From Escherichia coli (lineage in GTDB: Bacteria; Pseudomonadota; Gammaproteobacteria; Enterobacterales; Enterobacteriaceae), in NCBI RefSeq assembly GCF_050920415.1, contig NZ_CP169309.1: a stretch of 64,000 bases of DNA. One strand, written 5' to 3'. Below are positions 32,520-43,970 of the stretch, piece after piece. Position 1 is the stretch's first letter. Each line of letters opens with the position of its first letter. Under the pieces are notes generated by a model that did no database searches, was not told the origin of the DNA, and worked only from the letters and a program-made list of their open reading frames with translations. The translations under genes were made by a program, and so were the position numbers.

Positions 32520-33857
32520 ATGTCTTCGGATGCTGATGCTCACAAAGTGGGCTTAATCCCCGTCACCCTGATGGTGTCGGGGAATATTATGGGGTCAGGT
32601 GTTTTTCTGTTACCTGCAAACCTGGCCTCCACTGGCGGGATTGCCATTTATGGATGGTTGGTGACGATTATCGGTGCGCTGGGGCTCTCGATGGTATACG
32701 CCAAAATGTCGTTCCTCGACCCAAGTCCTGGTGGTTCTTACGCTTACGCCCGCCGCTGCTTTGGCCCGTTTCTCGGTTATCAAACCAACGTCCTCTACTG
32801 GCTGGCCTGCTGGATCGGCAATATCGCCATGGTGGTCATTGGCGTTGGATATTTAAGTTACTTCTTCCCGATTCTGAAAGATCCACTGGTATTAACCATC
32901 ACCTGCGTCGTGGTGCTGTGGATCTTCGTCCTGCTGAACATTGTCGGTCCGAAAATGATCACCCGCGTGCAGGCCGTTGCCACCGTGCTGGCGCTGATCC
33001 CCATCGTCGGGATTGCCGTATTTGGCTGGTTCTGGTTCCGTGGTGAAACCTATATGGCGGCATGGAACGTCAGCGGCCTGGGCACCTTCGGCGCGATTCA
33101 AAGTACCCTTAACGTTACGCTGTGGTCGTTCATCGGTGTGGAAAGTGCCTCCGTTGCCGCAGGTGTGGTGAAAAACCCGAAACGCAACGTCCCTATCGCC
33201 ACCATTGGTGGGGTATTGATTGCCGCCGTTTGCTATGTGCTCTCCACCACCGCGATTATGGGGATGATCCCTAATGCCGCACTGCGCGTTTCTGCCTCGC
33301 CATTCGGTGATGCCGCACGGATGGCGTTGGGTGACACCGCCGGGGCCATTGTTTCCTTCTGCGCAGCTGCGGGTTGCTTAGGTTCACTGGGCGGCTGGAC
33401 GTTGCTGGCGGGTCAAACGGCGAAAGCCGCTGCCGATGACGGACTGTTCCCACCGATTTTTGCCCGTGTAAATAAAGCGGGTACGCCAGTGGCAGGGCTG
33501 ATTATCGTCGGTATTTTGATGACCATCTTCCAGCTCAGTAGCATTTCGCCAAACGCGACTAAAGAGTTCGGTCTGGTTTCTTCCGTGTCGGTCATCTTTA
33601 CACTGGTGCCATATCTTTACACCTGTGCGGCGTTACTGCTGCTCGGCCACGGCCACTTTGGTAAAGCACGCCCTGCATATCTGGCTGTTACTACCATTGC
33701 CTTCCTCTACTGCATCTGGGCCGTAGTAGGGTCCGGCGCGAAAGAGGTTATGTGGTCATTTGTCACCCTGATGGTCATCACCGCCATGTATGCGCTGAAT
33801 TACAACCGGCTGCATAAAAACCCGTATCCCTTAGATGCACCAATAAGCAAAGATTAA
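32520..33857 (+). CDS. adiC: Arginine:agmatine antiporter AdiC (445 aa)
   Basis: APC-family transporter, paralogue of cadB in this window (shared motif [13 protein letters not shown]). Confidence 0.93.
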
Positions 33858-33881
33858 TTCCCCTTAGTCAAGCAAACATAA

Positions 33882-33920
33882 AAGCCAACCTTAAGAACTT
33901 AAGGTTGGCTTAATTTTGCT
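33882..33920 (+). terminator. Rho-independent terminator after adiC
   Basis: Hairpin aagccaacctt / aaggttggctt followed by aaTTTTg. Confidence 0.5.
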
Positions 33921-33960
33921 TTGCGAGCATATGCGCACTTTGTTCGATGGAAACACCGTG

Positions 33961-35604
33961 ATGTTGAAGCGCCTACTAAAAAGACCCTCTTTGAATTTAC
34001 TCGCCTGGCTATTGCTGGCCGCTTTTTATATCGCTATCTGCCTGAATATTGCCTTTTTTAAACAGGTATTGCAGGCGTTGCCGCTGGACTCGCTGCATAA
34101 CGTACTTGTTTTCTTGTCGATGCCGGTCGTCGCTTTCAGCGTGATTAATATTGTCCTGACACTAAGCTCTTTCTTATGGCTTAATCGACCGCTGGCCTGC
34201 CTGTTTATTCTGGTTGGCGCGGCTGCACAATATTTCATAATGACTTACGGCATCGTCATCGACCGCTCGATGATTGCCAATATTATTGATACCACCCCAG
34301 CAGAAAGTTATGCGCTGATGACACCGCAAATGTTATTAACGCTGGGACTCAGCGGCGTACTTGCTGCGCTAATTGCCTGCTGGATTAAAATCAAACCTGC
34401 CACCTCGCATCTGCGCAGTGTTCTTTTCCGTGGTGCCAATATTCTGGTTTCTGTACTGCTGATTTTGCTGGTCGCCGCACTGTTTTATAAAGACTACGCC
34501 TCGTTGTTCCGCAACAACAAAGAGCTGGTGAAGTCCTTAAGCCCCTCTAACAGCATTGTTGCCAGCTGGTCATGGTACTCCCATCAGCGACTAGCAAATC
34601 TGCCACTGGTGCGAATTGGTGAAGACGCGCACCGCAACCCGTTAATGCAGAACGAGAAACGTAAAAATTTGACCATCCTGATTGTCGGCGAAACCTCGCG
34701 GGCGGAGAACTTCTCCCTCAACGGCTACCCGCGTGAAACGAACCCGCGGCTGGCGAAAGATAACGTGGTCTATTTCCCCAATACTGCGTCTTGCGGCACG
34801 GCAACGGCAGTTTCAGTACCGTGCATGTTCTCGGATATGCCGCGTGAGCATTACAAAGAAGAACTGGCACAGCACCAGGAAGGCGTGCTGGATATCATTC
34901 AGCGAGCGGGCATCAACGTGCTGTGGAATGACAACGATGGTGGCTGCAAAGGTGCCTGCGATCGCGTGCCTCACCAGAACGTCACTGCGCTGAACCTGCC
35001 TGGTCAGTGTATCAACGGCGAATGTTATGACGAAGTGCTTTTCCACGGGCTGGAAGAGTACATCACTAACCTGCAAGGTGATGGCGTAATTGTCTTACAC
35101 ACCATCGGCAGTCACGGCCCGACCTATTACAATCGCTATCCGCCACAGTTCAGGAAATTTACCCCTACCTGCGACACCAACGAGATCCAGACCTGTACCC
35201 AAGAGCAACTGGTAAACACTTACGACAATACGCTGGTCTACGTCGACTATATTGTTGATAAAGCAATTAATCTACTGAAAGAACATCAGGATAAATTTAC
35301 CACCAGCCTGGTTTATCTTTCTGACCACGGTGAATCGTTAGGTGAAAATGGCATCTATCTGCACGGTTTGCCTTATGCCATCGCCCCGGATAGCCAAAAA
35401 CAGGTGCCGATGCTGCTGTGGCTGTCTGAGGATTATCAAAAACGGTATCAGGTTGACCAAAGTTGCCTACAGAAACAGGCGCAAACGCAACACTATTCAC
35501 AAGACAATTTATTCTCCACGCTATTGGGATTAACTGGCGTTGAGACGAAGTATTACCAGGCTGCGGATGATATTCTGCAAACTTGCAGGAGAGTGAGTGA
35601 ATGA
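33961..35604 (+). CDS. eptA: Lipid A phosphoethanolamine transferase EptA (547 aa)
   Basis: N-terminal multi-TM domain plus periplasmic sulfatase-like domain; start at ATG 33961 within ORF 33916-35604; overlaps basR start by 4 bp. Confidence 0.9.
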   Translation: MLKRLLKRPSLNLLAWLLLAAFYIAICLNIAFFKQVLQALPLDSLHNVLVFLSMPVVAFSVINIVLTLSSFLWLNRPLACLFILVGAAAQYFIMTYGIVIDRSMIANIIDTTPAESYALMTPQMLLTLGLSGVLAALIACWIKIKPATSHLRSVLFRGANILVSVLLILLVAALFYKDYASLFRNNKELVKSLSPSNSIVASWSWYSHQRLANLPLVRIGEDAHRNPLMQNEKRKNLTILIVGETSRAENFSLNGYPRETNPRLAKDNVVYFPNTASCGTATAVSVPCMFSDMPREHYKEELAQHQEGVLDIIQRAGINVLWNDNDGGCKGACDRVPHQNVTALNLPGQCINGECYDEVLFHGLEEYITNLQGDGVIVLHTIGSHGPTYYNRYPPQFRKFTPTCDTNEIQTCTQEQLVNTYDNTLVYVDYIVDKAINLLKEHQDKFTTSLVYLSDHGESLGENGIYLHGLPYAIAPDSQKQVPMLLWLSEDYQKRYQVDQSCLQKQAQTQHYSQDNLFSTLLGLTGVETKYYQAADDILQTCRRVSE

Positions 35605-36269
35605 AAATTCTGATTGTTGAAGACGATACGCTGTTATTGCAGGGATTGATTCTGGCGGCGCAAACCGAAGGCTACGCGTGCGATGGCGTGACAACCGCGC
35701 GGATGGCGGAACAAAGCCTTGAGGCAGGTCATTACAGCCTGGTGGTACTGGATTTAGGGTTACCCGACGAAGATGGGCTGCATTTTCTCGCCCGAATCCG
35801 GCAGAAAAAATACACCCTGCCGGTACTGATCCTCACCGCTCGCGATACGCTGACTGACAAAATCGCCGGACTGGATGTCGGGGCTGACGATTATCTGGTG
35901 AAGCCTTTTGCGCTGGAAGAGTTACACGCCCGTATCCGCGCCCTGCTACGACGCCATAATAATCAGGGCGAAAGTGAGTTGATTGTTGGCAATCTGACGC
36001 TGAATATGGGTCGCCGTCAGGTATGGATGGACGGTGAAGAGTTGATTCTGACGCCCAAAGAATATGCTCTGCTATCACGGTTAATGCTTAAAGCAGGTAG
36101 TCCGGTGCATCGGGAAATTCTCTACAACGACATCTATAACTGGGACAATGAACCCTCGACCAACACCCTGGAAGTGCATATCCACAATCTGCGCGACAAA
36201 GTGGGCAAAGCCCGTATCCGCACCGTGCGCGGCTTTGGCTATATGCTGGTCGCGAATGAGGAAAACTAA
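35601..36269 (+). CDS. basR: Response regulator BasR/PmrA (222 aa)
   Basis: OmpR-family receiver plus winged-helix ([19 protein letters not shown]...); between eptA and basS. Confidence 0.93.
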   Translation: MKILIVEDDTLLLQGLILAAQTEGYACDGVTTARMAEQSLEAGHYSLVVLDLGLPDEDGLHFLARIRQKKYTLPVLILTARDTLTDKIAGLDVGADDYLVKPFALEELHARIRALLRRHNNQGESELIVGNLTLNMGRRQVWMDGEELILTPKEYALLSRLMLKAGSPVHREILYNDIYNWDNEPSTNTLEVHIHNLRDKVGKARIRTVRGFGYMLVANEEN

Positions 36270-36278
36270 TTGAATCTG

Positions 36279-37370
36279 ATGCGTTTTCTGCGCCGACCAA
36301 TATCGCTGCGCCAACGGCTGATATTGACCATTGGGGCCATTTTGTTGGTGTTTGAGTTGATCAGCGTCTTCTGGCTATGGCATGAAAGTACCGAGCAGAT
36401 TCAGCTGTTTGAGCAGGCGCTACGCGACAATCGTAACAACGATCGCCACATCATGCGTGAGATCCGCGAGGCGGTCGCCAGCCTGATTGTCCCTGGCGTC
36501 TTTATGGTCAGCCTGACGCTATTTATCTGCTATCAGGCGGTACGCCGCATCACCCGCCCGCTGGCGGAGCTGCAAAAAGAGCTGGAAGCGCGCACCGCCG
36601 ACAACTTAACGCCCATTGCCATTCACAGCGCCACCCTCGAAATCGAAGCGGTGGTTTCAGCGTTAAACGATCTGGTCAGTCGCCTGACCAACACGCTGGA
36701 TAACGAAAGGTTGTTTACCGCTGACGTCGCGCACGAACTGCGAACGCCACTGGCGGGGGTGCGTTTGCATCTGGAACTGCTGGCGAAAACGCATCACATT
36801 GATGTAGCACCGTTAGTGGCACGACTTGATCAGATGATGGAGAGTGTCTCCCAGCTACTGCAACTGGCGCGTGCCGGACAGTCATTTTCTTCCGGTAATT
36901 ATCAACATGTAAAACTGCTGGAAGATGTCATTCTCCCCTCGTATGACGAACTCAGTACCATGCTCGACCAGCGCCAGCAAACCCTGCTATTGCCAGAGAG
37001 CGCCGCCGACATCATCGTTCAGGGTGATGCAACCCTGCTGCGGATGTTATTGCGAAACCTGGTAGAAAATGCCCATCGTTACAGCCCGCAAGGCAGCAAC
37101 ATTATGATTAAGCTGCAAGACGATGGCGGAGCGGTCATGGCCGTTGAAGATGAAGGACCGGGTATTGATGAGAGTAAATGCGGGGAGTTGAGTAAAGCGT
37201 TTGTACGAATGGACAGCCGTTATGGCGGGATTGGTCTGGGGTTAAGTATTGTCAGCCGCATTACACAGTTGCATCACGGGCAGTTTTTCCTGCAAAACCG
37301 GCAAGAGACTTCCGGCACGCGGGCCTGGGTACGGCTGAAGAAAGATCAGTACGTGGCAAACCAGATATAA
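36279..37370 (+). CDS. basS: Sensor histidine kinase BasS/PmrB (363 aa)
   Basis: HisKA (DVAHELRTPLAG) and HATPase domains; ATG at 36279; ORF track begins three codons earlier (36270). Confidence 0.9.
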   Translation: MRFLRRPISLRQRLILTIGAILLVFELISVFWLWHESTEQIQLFEQALRDNRNNDRHIMREIREAVASLIVPGVFMVSLTLFICYQAVRRITRPLAELQKELEARTADNLTPIAIHSATLEIEAVVSALNDLVSRLTNTLDNERLFTADVAHELRTPLAGVRLHLELLAKTHHIDVAPLVARLDQMMESVSQLLQLARAGQSFSSGNYQHVKLLEDVILPSYDELSTMLDQRQQTLLLPESAADIIVQGDATLLRMLLRNLVENAHRYSPQGSNIMIKLQDDGGAVMAVEDEGPGIDESKCGELSKAFVRMDSRYGGIGLGLSIVSRITQLHHGQFFLQNRQETSGTRAWVRLKKDQYVANQI

Positions 37371-37439
37371 AGAAAGCTGCTGACCACCAGCACGCTGAAC
37401 ACGGTAGTTAAACTTTCATAAACACGGTTTTTCATTGCA

Positions 37440-37465
37440 CTCTCCTCCGTTAACCTGGAGGAGAG
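37440..37465. terminator. Stem-loop between convergent basS and proP
   Basis: Inverted repeat ctcctcc / ggaggag between convergent 3' ends. Confidence 0.45.
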
Positions 37466-37548
37466 TATGCGTGTCAGAGATTAAGTGAACCTTAAGAGTC
37501 AATTGTTGGCCTGATGAGACAGCATCCCATCAGGCAATTCGTTTCAGC

Positions 37549-39051
37549 TTACTCATCAATTCGCGGATGCTGCTGCACCAGGCGGGTACGTTTCTCCTGC
37601 AAATCGGCAATCTCGTGGTCAATATCATCGATTTTTTGCTCGATATTATCGTAATGCTCGACGAGAATTTCCTTCGCTTCCTGTATATCTGACGCCGCCG
37701 GTGTCGCACCTTTCAACGGACGATTCGCCGTCTCTTTCATGGTTACGCCGGTGATTAAACCAACCACCGCCACTACCATCAGGTAATAGGCAGGCATCAT
37801 CAGATTCTGCGAGCTTTCGACCAGCCAGGCCGCCAACGTTGGCGTCAGACCGGCAACCAGCACCGAAATATTAAATGCCGCCGCCAGCGCGCTGTAACGG
37901 ATATGCGTCGGGAACATCGCTGGCAAGGTAGAAGCCATAACGCCCGTAAAGCAGTTAAGGATCACCGCCAGCATCAGTAACCCGGCAAAAATCAGGCCGA
38001 TGACGTTACTGTTAATCAGAATAAACGCCGGGATCGCCAACACAAACAGTGCAACACTACCAAGTAGCACAAACGGACGACGGCCAAAACGGTCACTCAG
38101 CAAGCCCATCACCGGCTGGACAAACAGCATACCGATCATAATGGCGATAATAATCAGCACCCCGTGGTCTTCGGAGTAATGCAGGTTATGCGACAAATAA
38201 CTCGGCATATAGGTCAGCAACATGTAGTAAGTCACGTTGGTGGCAATTACCAGACCAATACATGTCAACAGGCTGCGCCAGTATTTAGTGGCAATCTCTT
38301 TAAACGAGACTTTCGGGCCATCCTGCAAACCTTCGCGGTCGCCCTGTTCCAGTTTATCAACATGCTGCTGGAACGCCGGAGTTTCTTCCAGCGCATGGCG
38401 CAGGTAAAGCCCGATAATCCCTAACGGCAGAGCAATAAAGAACGGAATACGCCAGCCCCAGTCGAGGAAGTTCGCTTCGCCGACAATGGTCGAAATTAAC
38501 ACCACCACGCCCGCACCCAGCACAAACCCGGCAATAGAACCGAAGTCCAGCCAGCTGCCCATAAAGCCACGTTTACGGTCAGGGGAGTATTCCGCAACAA
38601 ATATCGACGCCCCGGTATATTCACCGCCGACCGAGAAACCTTGTGCCATCTTACAGATCAACAGCAGAATCGGTGCCCAAATACCAATCGTGTCGTAGGA
38701 CGGTATTAAGCCAATACAGAACGTACTGATCGACATAATCACAATAGTGATAGCGAGGATCTTCTGGCGACCATATTTATCGCCCAACATACCAAAGAAG
38801 AGTCCGCCAAGCGGTCGAATCAGAAAGGGAACGGAGAAAGTGGCAAGTGCAGCAACCATCTGCACGCTGGGGTCAGCCCCCGGGAAAAAAACTTTACCTA
38901 ATGCGTAAGCAACAAAACCATAAACACCAAAATCGAACCATTCCATTGCATTACCCAGTGATGCTGCGGTAATGGCTTTACGCAGTTTACCGTCATCAAT
39001 AATAGTGACATCACGAAGGGTAATCGGTTTTACTTTTTTCCTTTTCAGCAT
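37549..39051 (-). CDS. proP: Proline/glycine-betaine osmosensory MFS transporter ProP (500 aa)
   Basis: MLKRKKVKPITLRDVTIIDDGKLRKAITAASLGNAMEWFDFGVYG... with C-terminal coiled-coil tail (IDDIDHEIADLQ); start at 39051 within ORF 37549-39084. Confidence 0.95.
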   Translation of the reverse strand: MLKRKKVKPITLRDVTIIDDGKLRKAITAASLGNAMEWFDFGVYGFVAYALGKVFFPGADPSVQMVAALATFSVPFLIRPLGGLFFGMLGDKYGRQKILAITIVIMSISTFCIGLIPSYDTIGIWAPILLLICKMAQGFSVGGEYTGASIFVAEYSPDRKRGFMGSWLDFGSIAGFVLGAGVVVLISTIVGEANFLDWGWRIPFFIALPLGIIGLYLRHALEETPAFQQHVDKLEQGDREGLQDGPKVSFKEIATKYWRSLLTCIGLVIATNVTYYMLLTYMPSYLSHNLHYSEDHGVLIIIAIMIGMLFVQPVMGLLSDRFGRRPFVLLGSVALFVLAIPAFILINSNVIGLIFAGLLMLAVILNCFTGVMASTLPAMFPTHIRYSALAAAFNISVLVAGLTPTLAAWLVESSQNLMMPAYYLMVVAVVGLITGVTMKETANRPLKGATPAASDIQEAKEILVEHYDNIEQKIDDIDHEIADLQEKRTRLVQQHPRIDE

Positions 39052-39314
39052 AGCTTTCCTCGCAGAGTTGGCCCATTTCCGCAAACGCCAGAAAAATCAG
39101 CGCGACGGCCGCAAAAGGGGAGCGGGAATTGCAGGATGCAATCTCTGTAACAAGCGTAGCGGGTTTGCTTACACCCTCCGGTTAAGGAATGTACAATCAA
39201 ACCAGTTGACGCCTGAATTGGGCAGTTAATGACCTTTTTACCCTACCAGTGTTTAAATTTGTGATCAACTTCACACATGGATTTCGTTTAGGACTCATTG
39301 ATGTAACTGATTAT

Positions 39315-40193
39315 TTACGCCAAATTTACAGAGAAGATTTCCTCGACCATTGCCCCCACCAAACGCTGCGCTGAACAGAGTCGTGGCATCCCCAGCGCGA
39401 CAGTTTGCCAGCGTTGGGTCACTGACCAGCAAACGGGTTGTTTATCTGCCGTGGACCACTTTCCCAGCCAACTTAAAAAATCAGCATGATCCCCACCCGT
39501 CGGGGCGGTTGAAGAGGTAAACCACTGATGGTAATAGTGACGCGTGGTCGTTGCCGCATTAATACTCTCTGCCAGATGTTGTGTCGCTTTCTCGCGCAAA
39601 TCACCCAGCAACAACGCCACCGCTTGCGGGCTTCCTAGACGGCAGGCATCGCCAAATGCCCCCCAGCGCAGTTCCTCCAGAACGATAAAACAGCGCCCAG
39701 GCAACGACCAGGCGTTATACGCACCAGCACGCCAGCGGGTAAAAATTTGCTCACTCTGATCACCGGCCTGTACCAGTAATCCTCGTTGCGTTAACGCCTT
39801 TTCCTTCCAGCGACAACGGGCTGAAAACAACTCATACAAGGCGGCAATTTGCTGGGGGAGCTCCGGGAAAGCAGAGTGCTGGCGGTGATCCATTTTTTGC
39901 AGCAGCGCCAGATGCTGCGCGATCTGCGTCAGCGCCAGATGACCGGGATCCAGCATCGACGCCAGTTTTTCCACCAATGTCAGACGCAGGCTAAGCGGCG
40001 CATTTAACATGCCGCCGTTCGTCCATGCCTGAAGCTGCACGCGCGCAAGAAGTTCCTGCATCAGTCGTTCACGAAACTGCTGCTGATGGGCTTGTGGATG
40101 GCGGGCATCATCGCCCTGCGCCAGATCCACTAAAAAGCGGGAATGAATCGACTCCAGCACGCGACCGGGGCCGTCCAGTAACGTCTTGGTCAA
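39315..40193 (-). CDS. yjcZ: YjcZ, protein of unknown function co-transcribed with crfC (292 aa)
   Basis: ORF directly downstream of and overlapping crfC by 4 bp; conserved neighbourhood. Confidence 0.75.
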   Translation of the reverse strand: MTKTLLDGPGRVLESIHSRFLVDLAQGDDARHPQAHQQQFRERLMQELLARVQLQAWTNGGMLNAPLSLRLTLVEKLASMLDPGHLALTQIAQHLALLQKMDHRQHSAFPELPQQIAALYELFSARCRWKEKALTQRGLLVQAGDQSEQIFTRWRAGAYNAWSLPGRCFIVLEELRWGAFGDACRLGSPQAVALLLGDLREKATQHLAESINAATTTRHYYHQWFTSSTAPTGGDHADFLSWLGKWSTADKQPVCWSVTQRWQTVALGMPRLCSAQRLVGAMVEEIFSVNLA

Positions 40194-42418
40194 TATCGTT
40201 CTGCCGTGAAAAGTGTTTGAATATCATCGCGTAACAGCTGAGCGTCGGTGTAAATCCAGCCATGAGTCATCACAGTCTGCTGCAATTGCTGCTGCATCAG
40301 CCTGACCACCGATTCATTTTGTTGACGCAGAGCCAGACTTTCGCATAAACGCGTCTGTAATTCCGTCAAACATGAAGCGAACTCAGCGAAAAAAGTATTC
40401 ATGCCTGCCGTAACAGATTCATCGACCTGCTCTGCCAGAACTTTAGCCATTTGTTGGCAATAAAGATCGACTTCTGCGCTTAATGCTCGTTGCAACGCAC
40501 TGTAATCAACCGTCTCTATCGGGGATTTCTCATTTCCCCGTCCCCAGTCGGGCTGATTCAACCAGCGCGAAAAAGTCTCACGCACAACGCCTAAACGCGT
40601 GCTCTGCTCGTCCATTGCGTCCTGGCGCGAAATGACTTCACTGAACAGCTGGCGAGTGTTGAAGTGGGGAACTGCGCCGTGAAAAACAGGAAAATGAAAC
40701 CCAGGACGAAACCCTGACTCGCTCAATTCCATTTTGACTTGTTGCTCAATGGGCCGAATAACATCGGTTAACACCCGGCAAAGAGTGGATTCAAGCTCGG
40801 CAAAACGCAGCGTAAAGTCGCGACTGATGGTGTTCTGCGCCGTCTGTAACAGTGTCTCACAGCAGGTACGAATCTCGCTTAATGACCCCGAATCATCCTG
40901 AAACAACGCGGCTAACTGGGCATTCACCGCATCTTGCTGTTGACGCAGAAAGAGGTTGGCGGAGGTCAGGGCCAGCTCGATTTCATGTTTAATCTCGCCG
41001 CTCACCTGAGCCTGATTGAGTTGAAATAGCTGCAAACTTTCTTCGATCTGGTGGATATTTTGCCGCAATTGTTCACAAGCGACGTTTAACCCGTGCGCAC
41101 GAAAATCCAGGTATTCCCGCGCCTGCTGCGCGTAATTCAACAGTTTATGCGCGGCAGATCGCAGAGCATACAACGAGGCGTTAGCGTAAGCGGCATGAAG
41201 CAACGCCTGAATTGGCTGGGCGAACAGCGAATCTTCCCACAACTGATCGGCAGCATGACGAATATGTTCGAGGTCCGCCAGGTCGGCATGACGCCAGCGC
41301 CTGCCGAGCGCGGCATGGGCAAAATCTTCCACCCAGCGTTGTTGCTCTGGCGCGGGTAACTTACCGTTGTTGGCTAACTCATTACGCGCCCGATTCGCCA
41401 GGTAGCCCCACATCGACGACACTGGAAATATCTGCTGTGGCGTAATACAGCCTTTCATCAGCGTCCCGGAAATCAGTGCCCGCACCTGGTCGGCGTCGTC
41501 ACTGTTACGATCCTGTTGATCGAACTTATTGACCAGCACATACAGCGGCACCGATTGCCCCACCGCCAAAATCGCCTCACGGACCTCTTCATCGGAGATC
41601 GATTTCAGTTGCGTATAATCCAGCACCGCCAGTACCGCCGAGGCGCGAGCCAGCTGCTGGTTAAGCATTTTTTGCAGATGCGGTTGCCCGGCTTCATTTG
41701 GCCCAGGGGTATCCAGTAACGTCAACTGACCGGGATAACTCTCCAGCCCCGCCAGATGGACAAACTCCACTTCAATCACGGGAATATGCTCAATGGCGGC
41801 GTAAGCAGAAAAAGGAAAATCGACGTCCAGCGCCTTCGCCAGTCGCACCAAATCATTCAAACTTTTCAGACAATGAAAAATAGGCTGGGCACCCAGATAA
41901 TATTTTTCGAAAGCGACGCCATTTTCGATCCGCTGCATAAGCGCACGCATATCTTTATCTATTTCCAGCACATCGGTCAGATGCTTAATATCGCAGTCAC
42001 GCAGGCGCTGTTGTAATTGTTGAATTAAACAGTCGATTGGCGCGACATGTGAAAAATGCAGTACCGGTTCTTTTTGCCCGGGCGTATGGCGAATAAGCGT
42101 CGGCAGCGCAGTCATTGGGCGATTGCGATTAGGCAGAACCTCCGTACCAACAATGGCATTAATGGTGGTTGATTTCCCTGCTTTCATAGTACCGACAATT
42201 GCCAGCACCATTTCCAGTCGGGAAATTTTACGCAACTCATTATTCAGCATCGCGTGACGTTCGGCGATATTAGGCTGACTCCAGGGTAAAGCCAGTTGTG
42301 GCGCATCGTCTCCGGGTACAGAGAGAGGCATTTTTTCTAGTAACTGCAACTGTTGGCGAGAAAGCTGTAACAGGCGTTCAGCCTCCTGACTTAACTCATA
42401 CAGGGTCTGTGTGTACAT
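40190..42418 (-). CDS. crfC: Bacterial dynamin-like GTPase CrfC/YjdA (742 aa)
   Basis: N-terminal P-loop (GTMKAGKSTTINAIVG) and dynamin-type GTPase motifs followed by long helical region. Confidence 0.8.
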   Translation of the reverse strand: MYTQTLYELSQEAERLLQLSRQQLQLLEKMPLSVPGDDAPQLALPWSQPNIAERHAMLNNELRKISRLEMVLAIVGTMKAGKSTTINAIVGTEVLPNRNRPMTALPTLIRHTPGQKEPVLHFSHVAPIDCLIQQLQQRLRDCDIKHLTDVLEIDKDMRALMQRIENGVAFEKYYLGAQPIFHCLKSLNDLVRLAKALDVDFPFSAYAAIEHIPVIEVEFVHLAGLESYPGQLTLLDTPGPNEAGQPHLQKMLNQQLARASAVLAVLDYTQLKSISDEEVREAILAVGQSVPLYVLVNKFDQQDRNSDDADQVRALISGTLMKGCITPQQIFPVSSMWGYLANRARNELANNGKLPAPEQQRWVEDFAHAALGRRWRHADLADLEHIRHAADQLWEDSLFAQPIQALLHAAYANASLYALRSAAHKLLNYAQQAREYLDFRAHGLNVACEQLRQNIHQIEESLQLFQLNQAQVSGEIKHEIELALTSANLFLRQQQDAVNAQLAALFQDDSGSLSEIRTCCETLLQTAQNTISRDFTLRFAELESTLCRVLTDVIRPIEQQVKMELSESGFRPGFHFPVFHGAVPHFNTRQLFSEVISRQDAMDEQSTRLGVVRETFSRWLNQPDWGRGNEKSPIETVDYSALQRALSAEVDLYCQQMAKVLAEQVDESVTAGMNTFFAEFASCLTELQTRLCESLALRQQNESVVRLMQQQLQQTVMTHGWIYTDAQLLRDDIQTLFTAERY

Positions 42419-42819
42419 AGAAAATTTTTCCTTAAAGCAAATTTTATTACTTTTATTTAGCCAGATTGTTTTTGAGTTCTGTTTTCGGCTTTTATAATTA
42501 CTGCAAGAAATAATTTTATATTTAGAGTGTTGTTTTTTATTAGAATAAATAACGTCTTCCGATACGTTTAAAACGTCAGAAAGATAAAAATATCATTTGA
42601 ATTAAAAAAAGAACAAGTAGAGCATTAACCTTATCTTAAATAATAAATGGAGGCAAAAAGATTATTTTCTTTTTGCGTTTCCTTTCAAATGAAAACGATC
42701 GTCGTCTAAAATCAGCAGTACCCCCGACAAACTCAGGGATTTTGTGTATAATTGCGGCCTTTTTCGGCAATCTGCCGTTTTTTGGCGCTTTTGCCCTGCT
42801 GACTTTTGAGGAAATCCAC

Positions 42820-43155
42820 ATGTCATTACCACACTGCCCAAAATGCAACTCCGAATACACCTACGAAGATAACGGCATGTACATCTGCCCGGAATGTGCC
42901 TACGAATGGAACGACGCAGAACCTGCACAGGAAAGCGACGAGCTGATCGTTAAAGATGCTAACGGCAATCTGCTGGCTGACGGCGACAGCGTTACCATCA
43001 TTAAAGATCTGAAGGTGAAAGGTAGCTCTTCGATGCTGAAGATCGGTACCAAAGTGAAAAACATTCGCCTGGTTGAAGGCGACCACAACATCGATTGCAA
43101 AATCGACGGTTTTGGTCCGATGAAACTGAAATCTGAGTTTGTGAAAAAGAACTGA
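42820..43155 (+). CDS. phnA: PhnA-family zinc-ribbon protein (YjdM, 111 aa)
   Basis: [32 protein letters not shown]... CxxC-x-CxxC zinc ribbon; start at ATG 42820 within ORF 42673-43155. Confidence 0.85.
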
Positions 43156-43187
43156 TTGTATTGCTCAATGTAATATTGGCACATGAT

Positions 43188-43335
43188 CGGTAGGCCGGAT
43201 AAGGCGCTCGCGCCGCATCCGGCTACGGTGCCGACTGCCTGATGCGACGCTCGCGCGTCTTATCAGGCCTACAAATTCTCGCACCATCCGGCAACGGTGC
43301 CTAATGCGACGCTTACCGAGTCTTATCAGCCCCCG
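43188..43335. repeat. REP / BIME cluster (about three REP units in alternating orientation)
   Basis: Units gtaggccggataaggcgctcgcgccgcatccggc, gcctgatgcgacgctcgcgcgtcttatcaggcctac and a third partial unit match the E. coli REP consensus. Confidence 0.75.
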
Positions 43336-43394
43336 CTCATCTGTATAATTTTCGAACTACACTTAACTGGCTTCTCTTAACTGAGGTCACCATC

Positions 43395-43838
43395 ATGCCG
43401 TTAAGTCCCTACCTCTCTTTTGCTGGTAACTGTTCCGATGCGATTGCCTATTATCAACGCACGTTGGGCGCGGAACTGCTTTATAAAATCAGCTTCGGCG
43501 AAATGCCGAAATCAGCGCAGGACAGCGCCGAGAACTGCCCTTCCGGTATGCAATTTCCCGATACCGCTATCGCCCATGCTAACGTGCGTATTGCCGGAAG
43601 CGATATCATGATGAGCGATGCCATACCGTCAGGAAAAGCCAGCTACTCCGGTTTTACACTGGTACTCGATTCGCAACAGGTCGAAGAAGGAAAACGCTGG
43701 TTTGATAACCTTGCTGCTAACGGAAAAATCGAAATGGCCTGGCAGGAAACTTTCTGGGCGCATGGCTTCGGCAAAGTCACCGATAAATTTGGCGTGCCGT
43801 GGATGATTAATGTCGTCAAACAACAACCAACGCACTAA
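43395..43838 (+). CDS. yjdN: Glyoxalase/VOC-fold protein YjdN (PhnB, 147 aa)
   Basis: Small soluble ORF in the conserved position between phnA and phnC. Confidence 0.75.
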   Translation: MPLSPYLSFAGNCSDAIAYYQRTLGAELLYKISFGEMPKSAQDSAENCPSGMQFPDTAIAHANVRIAGSDIMMSDAIPSGKASYSGFTLVLDSQQVEEGKRWFDNLAANGKIEMAWQETFWAHGFGKVTDKFGVPWMINVVKQQPTH

Positions 43839-43970
43839 CCCGCCGGGAGGCCCGCCCTCCCGCACTGTCATCGAATTCCCGTTAACTCTTCATCTGTTAG
43901 TCACTTTTAGTTAACAAAATCGTCACGATAATCCGCCACGATGGAGCCACTTTTTTAGGGAGGCTGCATC

